Assembly (NCBI GenBank): GCA_020351025.1
Contig: CP070728.1
Span: 1,827,510 to 1,891,509 of the forward strand
Origin: Planctomycetota bacterium
GTDB lineage: Bacteria; Planctomycetota; Phycisphaerae; Sedimentisphaerales; Anaerobacaceae
Direction: 5' to 3'
DNA length: 64,000 bases
Shown here: piece by piece, positions 10,413 through 20,136 of the stretch
Numbering within the stretch: the stretch's first letter is position 1
Layout of the letters: each line of letters begins with the position of its first letter
Position numbers and translations under genes: made by a program
The notes under the pieces: model-generated
What the model was told of the DNA's origin: nothing
Database searches by the model: none
The model's input: only the letters and a program-made list of their open reading frames with translations

Positions 10413-10677
10413 TGTAAGAAAGGAGACCAAGGTAGATAACACCAGCAAGAATGAGAAACCTAAAATTCATTTTTAGAGGTGACATACAGCTTGCTCACGA
10501 GAATTAGCAAATGGACACGGGGCGGAGCATCCTAGTCAGGAAAATAACAAGAAAATGAGGATTTGTCCGCCCTGTTCGGTGCTTATCAAAATCGTGGGTG
10601 CGAGTTGTACCGTTAGGCAACATCGGTTTTGCTTTCCATAACAAAGGGGCCGTCGGAGGAGGGCGGCTCCATTTTTT
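10413..10677 (+). ncRNA. candidate structured small RNA or attenuated leader, class unknown (about 265 nt)
   Basis: Bounded by the promoter above and an intrinsic terminator. Internal long hairpin (GGGCGGA...TCCGCCC with nested ATCCT/AGGAT). No ORF with a plausible RBS. Confidence 0.4.
10646..10677 (+). terminator. rho-independent terminator
   Basis: GGGGCCG (10646-52) pairs with CGGCTCC (10664-70, one G-U), followed by A and T6. Confidence 0.55.
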
Positions 10678-10741
10678 GCATGCAGTACGGGATGTCATCT
10701 TTTGAAATTGCCTCATTATCAGACCACCCACGACGGAAGGT

Positions 10742-10815
10742 GATAAATTGACCTCTGAAATATACGATAAATAAGATAAATTTTTCTTCTCAAAACGGGT
10801 AAGGTTATGTATAAT
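10742..10815 (+). promoter_or_regulatory. candidate fur promoter (TTCTCA-17-TATAAT) preceded by three GATAAAT repeats (Fur-box-like)
   Basis: GATAAAT at 10742-48, 10766-72 and 10775-81. -35 TTCTCA at 10787-92, -10 TATAAT at 10810-15. Confidence 0.4.
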
Positions 10816-10913
10816 TAGGCATAGTTCTAATAAATATCTTAGCTTAAATCATTTTATGTTAACCGGTAGGGGTAGAAAAAATTAGGGAAAAAAAGGTTCA
10901 CATAAAAAGGCAA

Positions 10914-11324
10914 ATGGATGCTTTCCAGGTGATGTGCCGCGAGGCGGGGCTGAAAGTAACACCACAGCGGATGGCAATTTATAAGACTTTGATCCAGTCA
11001 AAAGAGCACCCATCAGCAGATATGGTCTACCGCAAGGTGAGGAAAACTTTTCCAAGTATTTCGCTGGATACGGTCAACAGAACCCTTTTGACTCTGGCTA
11101 AAATCGGTTCTGCTTTCACGGTCGAAGGCTCAGGCGATGTCAAAAGATATGATGGTAACATGGAAAATCATCAGCATTTTAAGTGCCTAAAATGCAAGAG
11201 GATCATAGATTTCCACCACAAACCGTTTGACAATATTCCTGTTCCAAGGAAAATTAACCAAAAGTTCACTGTCTTGAGTAAAACCGTTTATCTTGAGGGC
11301 ATTTGTGATTTATGTAGAGAGTAG
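10914..11324 (+). CDS. Fur-family transcriptional regulator (Fur/Zur/PerR subtype unresolved)
   Basis: Winged-helix N-terminus (GLKVTPQRMAIYKTL), HQHFKCLKC and C-terminal CDLC structural-Zn pairs. Confidence 0.85.
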   Translation: MDAFQVMCREAGLKVTPQRMAIYKTLIQSKEHPSADMVYRKVRKTFPSISLDTVNRTLLTLAKIGSAFTVEGSGDVKRYDGNMENHQHFKCLKCKRIIDFHHKPFDNIPVPRKINQKFTVLSKTVYLEGICDLCRE

Positions 11325-11740
11325 AGGGGCAAATAAAAAATACCCGTCCCGGATGCAAGTGCCGACCATTACAAGCGTTGCTAAACACGCCCACTCCCTT
11401 AATCTCAATAAATTTCTTTCGATTCATACCCAGTGAAGACACCTAAATAAAATTTCGGTTTTTCATACTGGTAAGTAGCAAAACCTAAAAAACACAAAAA
11501 AGGCAAATGAACCAAGGTATCACCGCGGCTCTTTTCTAATAACATTTCTGACCAAAATGCTGACCTCGTCAGAGGCTTTCCACACGTTTTGCTGGAGGAT
11601 TTTCTTCTGATGAGGGCTGTAACGGGTTGACGCAAGTCAGCTTAGCTAATAGAATTACTTGTTCGCTGTGCTTCTAAATACTGAAAGCTCAGCCAAAACT
11701 GGAACTAAAACACGATCCCTGGAAAAAGAGAAAGAAAACA

Positions 11741-12967
11741 ATGACAAAGATTAATGAGAACTTTTTGAAGCTCCAGGCGGGCTATTTGTTTCCCGAAATC
11801 AGCAGACGCATTCGCACCTTTCAGGCCAAAAATCCTGATGCAAATATAATTAGCTTAGGGATAGGGGACGTTACCCAGCCTTTGGCGCCGGCTATTATCG
11901 AAGCCATGAAAAAGGCTGTTATCGATATGGGAAGTGTTGCCAATTTCCATGGCTACGGCCCGGAGCACGGCTATGATTTTTTAATCAACGCAATAATTGA
12001 GAACGACTTCAAAAACAGAGGTATTGAATTAGACAAAAGTGAGATTTTTATCAGCGACGGAACCAAATGCGATATAGGTAACATCCAGGAGATTTTTGGC
12101 ATAGATAATACAGTCGCAATATCCGACCCCGTATACCCTGTGTATGTCGATAGCAATGTAATGGCCGGCAGAACCGGGCAGGCCAACCAAAATGGCCAGT
12201 ATGACAAATTAATCTATATGCCCTGTACCGCAGAGAATAACTTTCTCCCTGATTTACCCGATACTGAAGTTGATATTATTTACCTGTGCTTCCCAAACAA
12301 TCCTACGGGTGCGGTGGCTCCTAAGGAAGTTTTAAGCAAGTGGGTCGATTTCGCCCACAAAAACAAGGCCATAATCCTTTTTGACGCTGCCTATGAGGCA
12401 TTTATCACCGACCCTGACATACCACATTCAATCTACGAGATTGACGGGGCGAAAGAGGTGGCGATAGAATTTCGCAGTTTCTCTAAAACCGCCGGTTTTA
12501 CCGGCGTTAGATGTGCCTTCACCGTAGTACCAAAGCAACTGAAGGCTTACACAAAAGACGGTAGGGCGCTCGAAGTTAATCCTTTATGGAACAGGCGGCA
12601 TTGTACAAAATTCAACGGCACTTCGTACATCTCACAAGCTGGTGCTGCTGCCACCTACGCACCCGAGGGCAAAAAGCAAACTCGTCAAATTATCAATATT
12701 TATATGAGTAATGCAGCTTTAATTCGCACATCCCTCACAAAGCTCGGCTATGAGGTCTACGGTGGTGTCAATGCACCGTATATCTGGGTGAAGACACCGA
12801 ACGGACTAAGTTCCTGGGATTTCTTCGATAGACTGTTAACAAAGACCAGAGTCGTTGGCACACCCGGCGCAGGCTTCGGACCGGCCGGGGAAGGCTATCT
12901 ACGACTTTCAGCCTTCGCTAAGCCCGAAAGCGTCAAGGAAGCTATGGAGCGATTCACTGGCGTTTAA
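11741..12967 (+). CDS. dapL: LL-diaminopimelate aminotransferase
   Basis: N-terminus [19 protein letters not shown] and the [16 protein letters not shown]-lysine motif are characteristic of DapL. Confidence 0.9.
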   Translation: MTKINENFLKLQAGYLFPEISRRIRTFQAKNPDANIISLGIGDVTQPLAPAIIEAMKKAVIDMGSVANFHGYGPEHGYDFLINAIIENDFKNRGIELDKSEIFISDGTKCDIGNIQEIFGIDNTVAISDPVYPVYVDSNVMAGRTGQANQNGQYDKLIYMPCTAENNFLPDLPDTEVDIIYLCFPNNPTGAVAPKEVLSKWVDFAHKNKAIILFDAAYEAFITDPDIPHSIYEIDGAKEVAIEFRSFSKTAGFTGVRCAFTVVPKQLKAYTKDGRALEVNPLWNRRHCTKFNGTSYISQAGAAATYAPEGKKQTRQIINIYMSNAALIRTSLTKLGYEVYGGVNAPYIWVKTPNGLSSWDFFDRLLTKTRVVGTPGAGFGPAGEGYLRLSAFAKPESVKEAMERFTGV

Positions 12968-12991
12968 TTGTCGAGGTAAGGTTCTAATCTA

Positions 12992-14080
12992 ATGGGCAAG
13001 ATGACAACAGCATATATTGGACTGGGCAGCAATGTAGGCAACAGAGAGGAATCTATAAGGGCTGCTCTTAGAATACTCGCCGAAGCAGAGAACATCGAAG
13101 TTGCCCGCATAAGTGAACTGATTGAGACTCCCCCGCTCGGCGGTGCCAACCAGCCGAAATACCTAAATGCAGTTGCCGAGGTCAAGACAACCCTCAGTGC
13201 AGAAAAGCTCCACAAAATACTATTCGACATTGAGTCTACACTTGGCAGAGTAAGAGAAAAAAAATGGTCGCCGAGACTTATCGACTTGGACCTTTTAATA
13301 TTGGGCGGGGTCATTATTAACAGCCCTGATTTAACCGTTCCACATCCACAGATGCATCTGCGCTCATTCGTGCTCCAAAGTCTCTGCGAGCTCAATGGCG
13401 AACTGCTGCACCCTGTTATAAAGGAATCGATAACTGAGTTAGCAGGGCGGCTTGGAGGCGCCGATTTTGTCCTCGATTCCAACCTGCCGCAGCTTATCAG
13501 CGTCGCAGGCATTATCGGCATCGGAAAAACCACCCTGACGAAAAAACTGTCAAATCTGCTCCGCTGCAAACTACTGCTCGAACCGTATGATGCGAACCCT
13601 TTTATGCCGGATGTCTATGCCGGCAAAAAAGAGCTTGCGCTGGACTCGCAGCTATTTTTTCTAACCAGCAGAATCATGCAGCTAAATCATAATACTCTCG
13701 CAGCAGGGCAGATTGCCATCAGCGACTACATCTTCGACAAAGAACCCATCTATGCCAAACAGACACTTACCCCCGAACAATTGAAAACCTATGAGAAGAT
13801 TTATCAGCCATCGCTATCGAAAGTTGCCAAGCCTGTGCTGGTGATATATCTTCAGGACTCAGCCCAAAATTGCTTGGTGCGTATCCACAAGCGTAACCGT
13901 CCTTACGAGCAGCAGATTCAAATGCAGTTTTTAGAAGCTCTAAGATGCGATTACGAAAAGCTTTTAACCAATTGGAAAATCTGCCCTGTCATCCGCATAC
14001 AAATATCGAAATCAGATTATACAAACGATGCTAATGTTGAGCATTTAGCAAATCAAATAAAAAGCTACCTTGCTGTATAA
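12992..14080 (+). CDS. folK: fusion protein: HPPK (FolK) N-terminal domain plus deoxynucleoside-kinase-like P-loop C-terminal domain
   Basis: HPPK motifs YIGLGSNVG, KWSPRLIDLDLL and TVPHP in aa 1-150. From about aa 167: P-loop GIIGIGKTT, LLEPYDANPF and QLFFLTSR, resembling dNK-family kinases. Confidence 0.8.
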   Translation: MGKMTTAYIGLGSNVGNREESIRAALRILAEAENIEVARISELIETPPLGGANQPKYLNAVAEVKTTLSAEKLHKILFDIESTLGRVREKKWSPRLIDLDLLILGGVIINSPDLTVPHPQMHLRSFVLQSLCELNGELLHPVIKESITELAGRLGGADFVLDSNLPQLISVAGIIGIGKTTLTKKLSNLLRCKLLLEPYDANPFMPDVYAGKKELALDSQLFFLTSRIMQLNHNTLAAGQIAISDYIFDKEPIYAKQTLTPEQLKTYEKIYQPSLSKVAKPVLVIYLQDSAQNCLVRIHKRNRPYEQQIQMQFLEALRCDYEKLLTNWKICPVIRIQISKSDYTNDANVEHLANQIKSYLAV

Positions 14081-14174
14081 ACTTAAAAAAATGAAAATTG
14101 GAAGTTCTGAAGTTCTAATAGTAGCACTTAACTAAAATGTAATCAAAATCCTTCTTTTGTTCAGGAAAAAAACC

Positions 14175-15392
14175 ATGGCTAAATCAACTCCAAAAAGCAA
14201 AACTACCAGAAGCACCAAATCCATATCTACCAGATCGATACATGCCGGTGAGCCGAGGAAAAAGTATGCCGATTCATTAACAACGCCTATTATTCAAACT
14301 TCTACCTTCACGTTTAAGAACAGTAAGGCAATTGAAGACTACACCAAAAAGGGCAAGGAGCACTTTGAATACGGCAGATACGGCAATCCCACTGCAAAAA
14401 TTGCTCAAAAGCGCCTTGCTAACCTCGAAGGTGCTGAAGACTGCGTCGTTTTCTCCTCCGGAATGAGTGCGATAACTACGACCATCCTCTCCTTACTCCG
14501 GGCAGGTGACCATATTGTTATCACCGACGACAGCTACAAAAAAACACTTGAATTCTGCAGATCATACTTGAAACAATTCAACATCGAGTGCACCATTGTT
14601 CCATTCGGAAATTATAAAGCTCTTGAGAAAGCAATCAAAAAAAACACGCGTTTTATATTTTCTGAATCACCAACCAACCCTTATTTAAATATCTTCGACC
14701 TTGTCAAGATTAAAAAGATAGCCGATAGGTATAAAGTTCTTACCCTCATAGATAGTACCTTTGCCACTCCTTTTAACCAAAGGCCCATAGAGTTCGGAAT
14801 GGACATCGTTCTGCACAGCTGCACAAAATATCTCGCAGGACATAATGATATCTTGGCTGGTGCTGTACTTGGAAAAAGTGAACTAATTGAAAAAATACGA
14901 AATTTACACAAATCAATGGGCGGACTTATCGACCCCCATTGCTGTTATCTTCTGCTCCGAGGGCTCAAAACATTTCCTTTACGAGTAAAGGAACAAAACA
15001 AATCTGCTTTAAAAATCGCAGAATTCCTTGAGAACCATTTCTGTATCAAAAAAGTTTATTATCCTTTTCTTAAGAGCCATCGTCACTATGAAATAGCAAA
15101 AGAGCAGATGACAGGCGGCGGGGGCGTTGTAACTTTTGAGATAAAAGGCAATCTCAGTACTGCAAAACGATTCCTGGATGCCCTGAAGTTATGCTATATT
15201 GGACCAAGCTTAGGTGGTGTTGAAACGCTGATAACACACCCGGCATTGGTAAGCTACTATGATTATACAAGAAAGCGGCGATATAAGTTAGGCATCACCG
15301 ATACCCTTTTCAGACTTGCCGTCGGATGTGAGGATGTTGAAGATATAATTAAAGACCTACACAGAGCCCTGATAGCAGCCGTGAAAAGGTAA
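14175..15392 (+). CDS. Cys/Met-metabolism PLP-dependent enzyme (cystathionine gamma-synthase/beta-lyase family)
   Basis: YGRYGNPT, SGMSAI and the HSCTKYLAGHND PLP-lysine motif. Start placed at ATG 14175; the longest ORF begins at TTG 14157. Confidence 0.85.
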   Translation: MAKSTPKSKTTRSTKSISTRSIHAGEPRKKYADSLTTPIIQTSTFTFKNSKAIEDYTKKGKEHFEYGRYGNPTAKIAQKRLANLEGAEDCVVFSSGMSAITTTILSLLRAGDHIVITDDSYKKTLEFCRSYLKQFNIECTIVPFGNYKALEKAIKKNTRFIFSESPTNPYLNIFDLVKIKKIADRYKVLTLIDSTFATPFNQRPIEFGMDIVLHSCTKYLAGHNDILAGAVLGKSELIEKIRNLHKSMGGLIDPHCCYLLLRGLKTFPLRVKEQNKSALKIAEFLENHFCIKKVYYPFLKSHRHYEIAKEQMTGGGGVVTFEIKGNLSTAKRFLDALKLCYIGPSLGGVETLITHPALVSYYDYTRKRRYKLGITDTLFRLAVGCEDVEDIIKDLHRALIAAVKR

Positions 15393-15402
15393 ATAACAGA
15401 AA

Positions 15403-16257
15403 GTGGAAGTTGCAAAAACGATAGAATCTGTCAGAAGTCTCGTCAAAGCCGCCCGTAGAGAGGCTAAAAAAATAGGTTTGGTGCCAACAATGGGGGCGCT
15501 TCATATCGGTCATATTTCGCTAATTGAAACAGCAGTGAAAGAATGTGATTTCGTTGTCGTCAGCATTTTTGTTAATCCTACACAGTTTGGCCCCACCGAA
15601 GATTTCGAGAAATATCCACGACCCTTAGAGGCTGATTTGGAAATTTGTAAAAAAGCTGGTATCGATATTGTTTTTGCACCTGCAACAGAGCAGATGTACC
15701 CACGAGAGAATTTTACCTCGGTAAACGTCGAGAAATTAACTGAACAACTTTGCGGCCGCTCTCGCCCGGGACACTTTCGAGGAGTGGCTACCATTTGTGC
15801 AAAGTTATTTAACATCGTGCAACCTGATATCGCATATTTTGGTCAGAAGGATAGCCAGCAGGCAATCGTTATAAAGAAAATGGTTGCCGATTTGAATATG
15901 CCTTTAAGAATTGCTATCTGCCCGACTGTCCGCGAACCTGACGGCCTGGCCGTCAGCAGCAGAAACCAATACCTAACCAAAGAGCAGAAAAAAGAAGCAA
16001 CTTACATTTATAAGTCGCTTCAAAAAGCTCAGGAAATGATCGACGCCGGCATCACAGACTGTGAAACAATTATTAGGCAGATGTACTCAATACTAAATCA
16101 GGCTCCATCAATAAAGATAGAGTACGTCAGCGTAGTCGACGCCGAAACGGTGCAAAACATCGACCAAATCGCCGGCAAGGTTCTCGTAGCAGTCGCCGCC
16201 AGAATTGGGCTGGCAAGGTTAATCGACAACATACTGGTAGACGCCAGCAAACAATAA
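15403..16257 (+). CDS. panC: pantoate--beta-alanine ligase
   Basis: GLVPTMGALHIGHISLI, FVNPTQFGP and YFGQKDSQQ motifs. GTG start. Confidence 0.95.
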   Translation: MEVAKTIESVRSLVKAARREAKKIGLVPTMGALHIGHISLIETAVKECDFVVVSIFVNPTQFGPTEDFEKYPRPLEADLEICKKAGIDIVFAPATEQMYPRENFTSVNVEKLTEQLCGRSRPGHFRGVATICAKLFNIVQPDIAYFGQKDSQQAIVIKKMVADLNMPLRIAICPTVREPDGLAVSSRNQYLTKEQKKEATYIYKSLQKAQEMIDAGITDCETIIRQMYSILNQAPSIKIEYVSVVDAETVQNIDQIAGKVLVAVAARIGLARLIDNILVDASKQ

Positions 16258-16276
16258 TGTATAATGCTACTCAATT

Positions 16277-16633
16277 ATGTTTCTCAAAGTATTAAAAGGC
16301 AAATTACATAGGGCAACTGTTACCGATACAAAGCTGAACTATACAGGCAGTATTGAGATAGACTCGGTACTAATGGAAGCTGCCGGCATTTTGCCTTATG
16401 AGTCTGTCTTGATAGCCGACCTAAACAATGGTAGCAGGTTGGAAACATATGCCGTTCCGGCACAAGCCGATTCCGGACGGGTCCTTATACTCGGTGCAGC
16501 AGCTCACCTCATCAAACCAAAGGACATTATCATTATTCTCAACTTCGGCTTTTTTACACCGGACGAAGCAAAGAAACTTAAACCCAAAATGGTTGTTCTC
16601 GACCAAAATAACAAAATTAAAAAGACTTTGTAA
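16277..16633 (+). CDS. panD: aspartate 1-decarboxylase proenzyme
   Basis: LKGKLHRATVT...NYTGSIEID (Gly-Ser self-cleavage site), ETYAV and GAAAH motifs. Confidence 0.95.
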   Translation: MFLKVLKGKLHRATVTDTKLNYTGSIEIDSVLMEAAGILPYESVLIADLNNGSRLETYAVPAQADSGRVLILGAAAHLIKPKDIIIILNFGFFTPDEAKKLKPKMVVLDQNNKIKKTL

Positions 16634-16665
16634 AAACACTTTTACTTTTTTACTTTTGCTTATTA

Positions 16666-17670
16666 ATGTATCCGCAACTTTTTGAGATACCTTTCATACA
16701 TTGGCCAGTACCAAGCTATGGCTCGATGATGGTTATTGGCTTTCTTGCGGCTGTCTTTCTGATAAGACACCTCAGCCGTGACATCACCCCAGACCCACAA
16801 TTCATCACTAATGCAGCCCTTTATTCACTCATAGCCGGTGTTGTAGGCGCGCGTTTGTTTTTTGTAATCCACTATTTCGACTTGTTGTTTAGAGGGAATT
16901 TGCTCTCGGTTTTTTACATTTGGAAGGGTGGTTTAGAACTTTTAGGAGGCGTGATATCGGCCATCACTGTCATTGCCGTTTATCTCCGGTATCATAAGCT
17001 TCCCGTTCGTCGCTATCTCGATATCCTTGCCATTAGCTTAATGTTAGGGCTTGTGCTCGGCAGAATTGGTTGCTTTCTAAATGGCTGCTGCTTCGGTAAA
17101 CCCACCAATCTGCCATGGGCTGTCCGCTTTCCCTACCATTCACCTCTACACATACACTCACCTGCATATTACAGTCAGGCACACCCGGACCTAAAAAGAA
17201 ATCGACCCAACCCACAGATGGAATTGCCCGCTGATTTCTTCGGCTACTTTAACGAAAATGGTCTGTGGGTCCAGGATTTAAAACCTTACGAACATCTAAC
17301 ACAGGAACAAAAGACTTGGGTCGATAAAGGGCTATACCGCTGTTTACCCGTACACCCCACACAACTTTATTCATCAGTTAATGGCGCATTTTTGTGCCTC
17401 ATACTCTATCTCTTCTGGCGAAGGTCATTAAAGGCAGAAAAAGTAAAAACTAAAAAGCTGTTTACCAAACCCGGCTGCACATTCGGCCTGATGTTCGTAG
17501 TCTACGGCATCACCCGTTTCTTTTTAGAATTTGTCCGTGATGACAATCCTTTTGAATTCGACTGCCTGACAATATCACAGAATATCAGTATCGGTATGAT
17601 AATACTTGGCACTGCATTGATGCTGATATTTGAAAAAATGAAGCCAAAAACCTTCAGTCTGGGCTCTTGA
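16666..17670 (+). CDS. lgt: prolipoprotein diacylglyceryl transferase
   Basis: YGSMMVIGF, GRIGCFLNGCCFGKPT, HPTQLY and RFFLEFVR motifs. About 70-aa periplasmic insertion relative to E. coli Lgt. Confidence 0.9.
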   Translation: MYPQLFEIPFIHWPVPSYGSMMVIGFLAAVFLIRHLSRDITPDPQFITNAALYSLIAGVVGARLFFVIHYFDLLFRGNLLSVFYIWKGGLELLGGVISAITVIAVYLRYHKLPVRRYLDILAISLMLGLVLGRIGCFLNGCCFGKPTNLPWAVRFPYHSPLHIHSPAYYSQAHPDLKRNRPNPQMELPADFFGYFNENGLWVQDLKPYEHLTQEQKTWVDKGLYRCLPVHPTQLYSSVNGAFLCLILYLFWRRSLKAEKVKTKKLFTKPGCTFGLMFVVYGITRFFLEFVRDDNPFEFDCLTISQNISIGMIILGTALMLIFEKMKPKTFSLGS

Positions 17671-17784
17671 ATCTGGAGTCATGGCTCTTTTCCAGTTGAA
17701 CAATTACCAAAATTGACGATACTATATAATAGAGAAATAACAACAGCTTTTAATTTTAACTTTTTACTTTTAAGTTTCTTAACT

Positions 17785-18627
17785 ATGGGCCTTTATGATA
17801 GAGACTATACTCGCGAAAATTTCCAGAACCGATACCGATACGCACCACAGATGCGGATAGGGTTTCCCCAGATCACACCAATGGTTAAATATCTGCTGCT
17901 CATTAACATTGTGGTTTATCTTGTGCAGGTCTTGGCCACAAACGAACTGCTCGTGCGAATGTTTTCACTTTACCCAGCTTCCTTATTGATGGCGCTGCAA
18001 CTGTGGCGACTTGTAACATACCAGTTTTTGCATGGCGGTCTCTTTCATATTCTTTTTAATATGCTTTGTTTATTCTTTTTGGGCTCCTCGCTTGAGCGAC
18101 ACTGGGGCAGCAAAAAATTTCTAATATTTTACCTCGGTTGTGGTATAGCAGGGGGGCTCTTTTACCTGCTGCTGGTTCTAATTAGGTTCCTGCCGGCCCT
18201 GCCTATGATAGGCGCCTCCGGCGCGGTACTCGGCCTGTTAGCTGCTTGTGCAATCCTCTTTCCGCAATTCATAATCTTCATATTTCTTTTCCCTGTACCG
18301 ATAAGAGTCGCGGCAGTCGTTTTCACAGTCATCTACTTTGTCGCTGTAATCACGAGGAGCCCGAATGCCGGTGGAGATGCTGCACATTTAGCTGGTATGG
18401 CTGCAGGAGCTATCTACGTCTTTTCGCCATCTTGGCGAGCCAAATTCAGGACAAAAATCCGGCACAGTACCCGGGAAAAGAAAATCACTGCTGAGCGCAG
18501 CCTGCAAGCCAACGTCGACCGTATCCTGCAAAAGGTCCACAACTCCGGCATACACAGCTTAACGTCTGAAGAAAAAAAGCTCCTCAAAAAAGCCACCGAA
18601 GCCGAACAAAAAAGAACCCGCCTATAA
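17785..18627 (+). CDS. rhomboid-family intramembrane serine protease
   Basis: WRLVTYQFLHGGLFHILFNM, catalytic GASGAVLGLL and later AHLAGMAAG (His). Start placed at ATG 17785 (MGLYDRDY). Confidence 0.9.
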   Translation: MGLYDRDYTRENFQNRYRYAPQMRIGFPQITPMVKYLLLINIVVYLVQVLATNELLVRMFSLYPASLLMALQLWRLVTYQFLHGGLFHILFNMLCLFFLGSSLERHWGSKKFLIFYLGCGIAGGLFYLLLVLIRFLPALPMIGASGAVLGLLAACAILFPQFIIFIFLFPVPIRVAAVVFTVIYFVAVITRSPNAGGDAAHLAGMAAGAIYVFSPSWRAKFRTKIRHSTREKKITAERSLQANVDRILQKVHNSGIHSLTSEEKKLLKKATEAEQKRTRL

Positions 18628-18630
18628 AAA

Positions 18631-18663
18631 ACAAGGGCTTACAGAAAATCCATAAGCCCTTGT
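18631..18663. terminator. bidirectional hairpin terminator between convergent genes
   Basis: ACAAGGGCTTA (18631-41) and TAAGCCCTTGT (18653-63) form a perfect 11-bp stem. A-run upstream, T-rich downstream. Confidence 0.65.
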
Positions 18664-18716
18664 TAATTGTAAGCTCTTAAAGACAAAGCACGAGTCACAA
18701 TTCACGAACCGCCGGT

Positions 18717-19610
18717 CTAATCCCAGTCGATTTTTTCCGTTTGACCCAGCAACTCACCAACTCGGGCTTTCACATGCTCATCTTTAAACGCAGAGTCCTT
18801 CCACTTTCCAGCTTCAGCCTCACTCTGCTTAACCTTTTCCTTTAGTTTCTCGAGTTTTTGAAGCAGTTGCTCATATTCTATTTGTTTCCGCTTCAAAATT
18901 AAATCAAACCTGTTGCTGACCGCCTCTTCCAATTCCGCGATTAACTCCTCCTTGTCATCATCACTTGCAGTCTTAATCTCTTTCAAAAGTGCATCCCTCT
19001 GCTGCTTCAAGTTCAAATCTTCTCTAAGAACTGCGGCTAATTCAGGATTCTCATCCGCCGCCTCTGCAATCCTCCCATATTTTTTTAAACAAAGCCCGAG
19101 TTTTTTCCAATAAAGTTCAGGCCTTGCCTCTCTAAGCTCAGCCAACTCCTTCGCCTTCTCGGGGTAATTTTCTTCGAGCCAATCCATAAGTTGGGCATGT
19201 CTTCTCATACGAGACCGATCGGGCTGCATACCGGGCATCCCAGGCATACCTGGCATTCCGGGCTTTCCAGGCATCCCACGCGGACCAAATCCTCGTTCCC
19301 TATGTTCTCTGAGCCTTCTGCCGAGATGCTCACGCACGGCTTTTCTAAGCTCAGTCTTGAACTTTTCAGCATCTACCTCCCGCAATTGCTCTAACTCTTT
19401 AGCCTTTTCCGCATTGGTTTTTGCAAGCCGCTCCATCATACGCTCGATTCTCTCGTCCGTAAGTTCTCCCCATCTATGCCTGTGTCCCGGCTCATCCTCA
19501 AGCCAAATATCTTCTTTCTCTTTTTCCTCGGCCAGGCACGGCAGGGGGGCAGCAAATAGTATTACTGTTACCGCTAACAATATTGAAATTGTACCGTAAT
19601 GCGTCTTCAT
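18717..19610 (-). CDS. secreted coiled-coil protein with (PGM)n repeat; possible periplasmic stress (Spy/CpxP-like) protein, tentative
   Basis: Signal peptide (ILLAVTVILFAAPLPCLA), an internally duplicated helical module (AEKAKELEQLREVDAEKF / PEKAKELAELREARPELY), an ELTDERIE LTxxQ-like motif and GMPGKPGMPGMPGMPGM. Last gene of the ECF sigma operon. Confidence 0.6.
   Translation of the reverse strand: MKTHYGTISILLAVTVILFAAPLPCLAEEKEKEDIWLEDEPGHRHRWGELTDERIERMMERLAKTNAEKAKELEQLREVDAEKFKTELRKAVREHLGRRLREHRERGFGPRGMPGKPGMPGMPGMPGMQPDRSRMRRHAQLMDWLEENYPEKAKELAELREARPELYWKKLGLCLKKYGRIAEAADENPELAAVLREDLNLKQQRDALLKEIKTASDDDKEELIAELEEAVSNRFDLILKRKQIEYEQLLQKLEKLKEKVKQSEAEAGKWKDSAFKDEHVKARVGELLGQTEKIDWD
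19227..19277 (-). repeat. 9-bp in-frame tandem repeat encoding (PGM)n
   Basis: cat-acc/ccc-ggg/agg units repeated about 5 times on the plus strand. They encode GMPGKPGMPGMPGMPGM (aa 112-128). Confidence 0.8.
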
Positions 19611-19614
19611 TTCT

Positions 19615-20136
19615 TTACCCTTCCCAAAAAGAACTATTAATTTCTTCTAATTCCACTTCAAGTTCAGTTAAATCCGTGAAGCCGTTGCCGCCGTTTTCAC
19701 CAAACTTCACAGCTAAAATCTCGCTTTCAATCTCTTCAACTTCAGCAGTCAAAGTTGCCAGGTCCGCATCTTCATCAGCTAAATGACCGCTCTCCCATAC
19801 CACCTTAGGTATTATTGAGGTAGCAACAATTCTCACAGGCTCACCGTTGCCCTTCTCAAATAACTTTACGCCTACAGCTATCAGCAGGATAACTGCCGCC
19901 GCAATAGCTACTGCCTTATAAGCTCTCCGCCTAAAAGCAGTTGCCTTTTTACGTAGTATCGCCTTTGCAATCTCAGCCTTTATATTACCTACGACCTGTT
20001 CATCAGGCTCAGGGGCTGGGTGCTCAATAAGGATTTGCTCGCCTTTGCGAATATCCTCTATAGCCTGTTCAGCCTCTTTGGAATCGAGAAATTTCTCAAA
20101 TAGCTCCCTGAATTCTTGTTCACCCCGACCGTTCAT
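19615..20136 (-). CDS. putative anti-sigma factor (single-pass membrane protein)
   Basis: 4-nt overlap with the upstream ECF sigma gene. Cytoplasmic N-domain, one TM (AVAIAAAVILLIAVGV), acidic periplasmic tail. No Zn-binding HxxxCxxC motif. Confidence 0.55.
   Translation of the reverse strand: MNGRGEQEFRELFEKFLDSKEAEQAIEDIRKGEQILIEHPAPEPDEQVVGNIKAEIAKAILRKKATAFRRRAYKAVAIAAAVILLIAVGVKLFEKGNGEPVRIVATSIIPKVVWESGHLADEDADLATLTAEVEEIESEILAVKFGENGGNGFTDLTELEVELEEINSSFWEG

Noticed and set aside
11325-11740. Possible lysine (L-box) riboswitch in the 416-nt region upstream of dapL
   Set aside because: I could not find the conserved L-box cores (for example AGAGGCGC, or GGGAAA-type junction elements) or a convincing terminator/antiterminator. 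This would need cmscan to settle.
16641-17784. TTTTTACTTTT motif immediately upstream of both the lgt and rhomboid start codons
   Set aside because: Identical 11-mers are expected by chance many times in 64 kb, and the motif is low-complexity T-rich. It may just reflect SD-less U-rich leaders.
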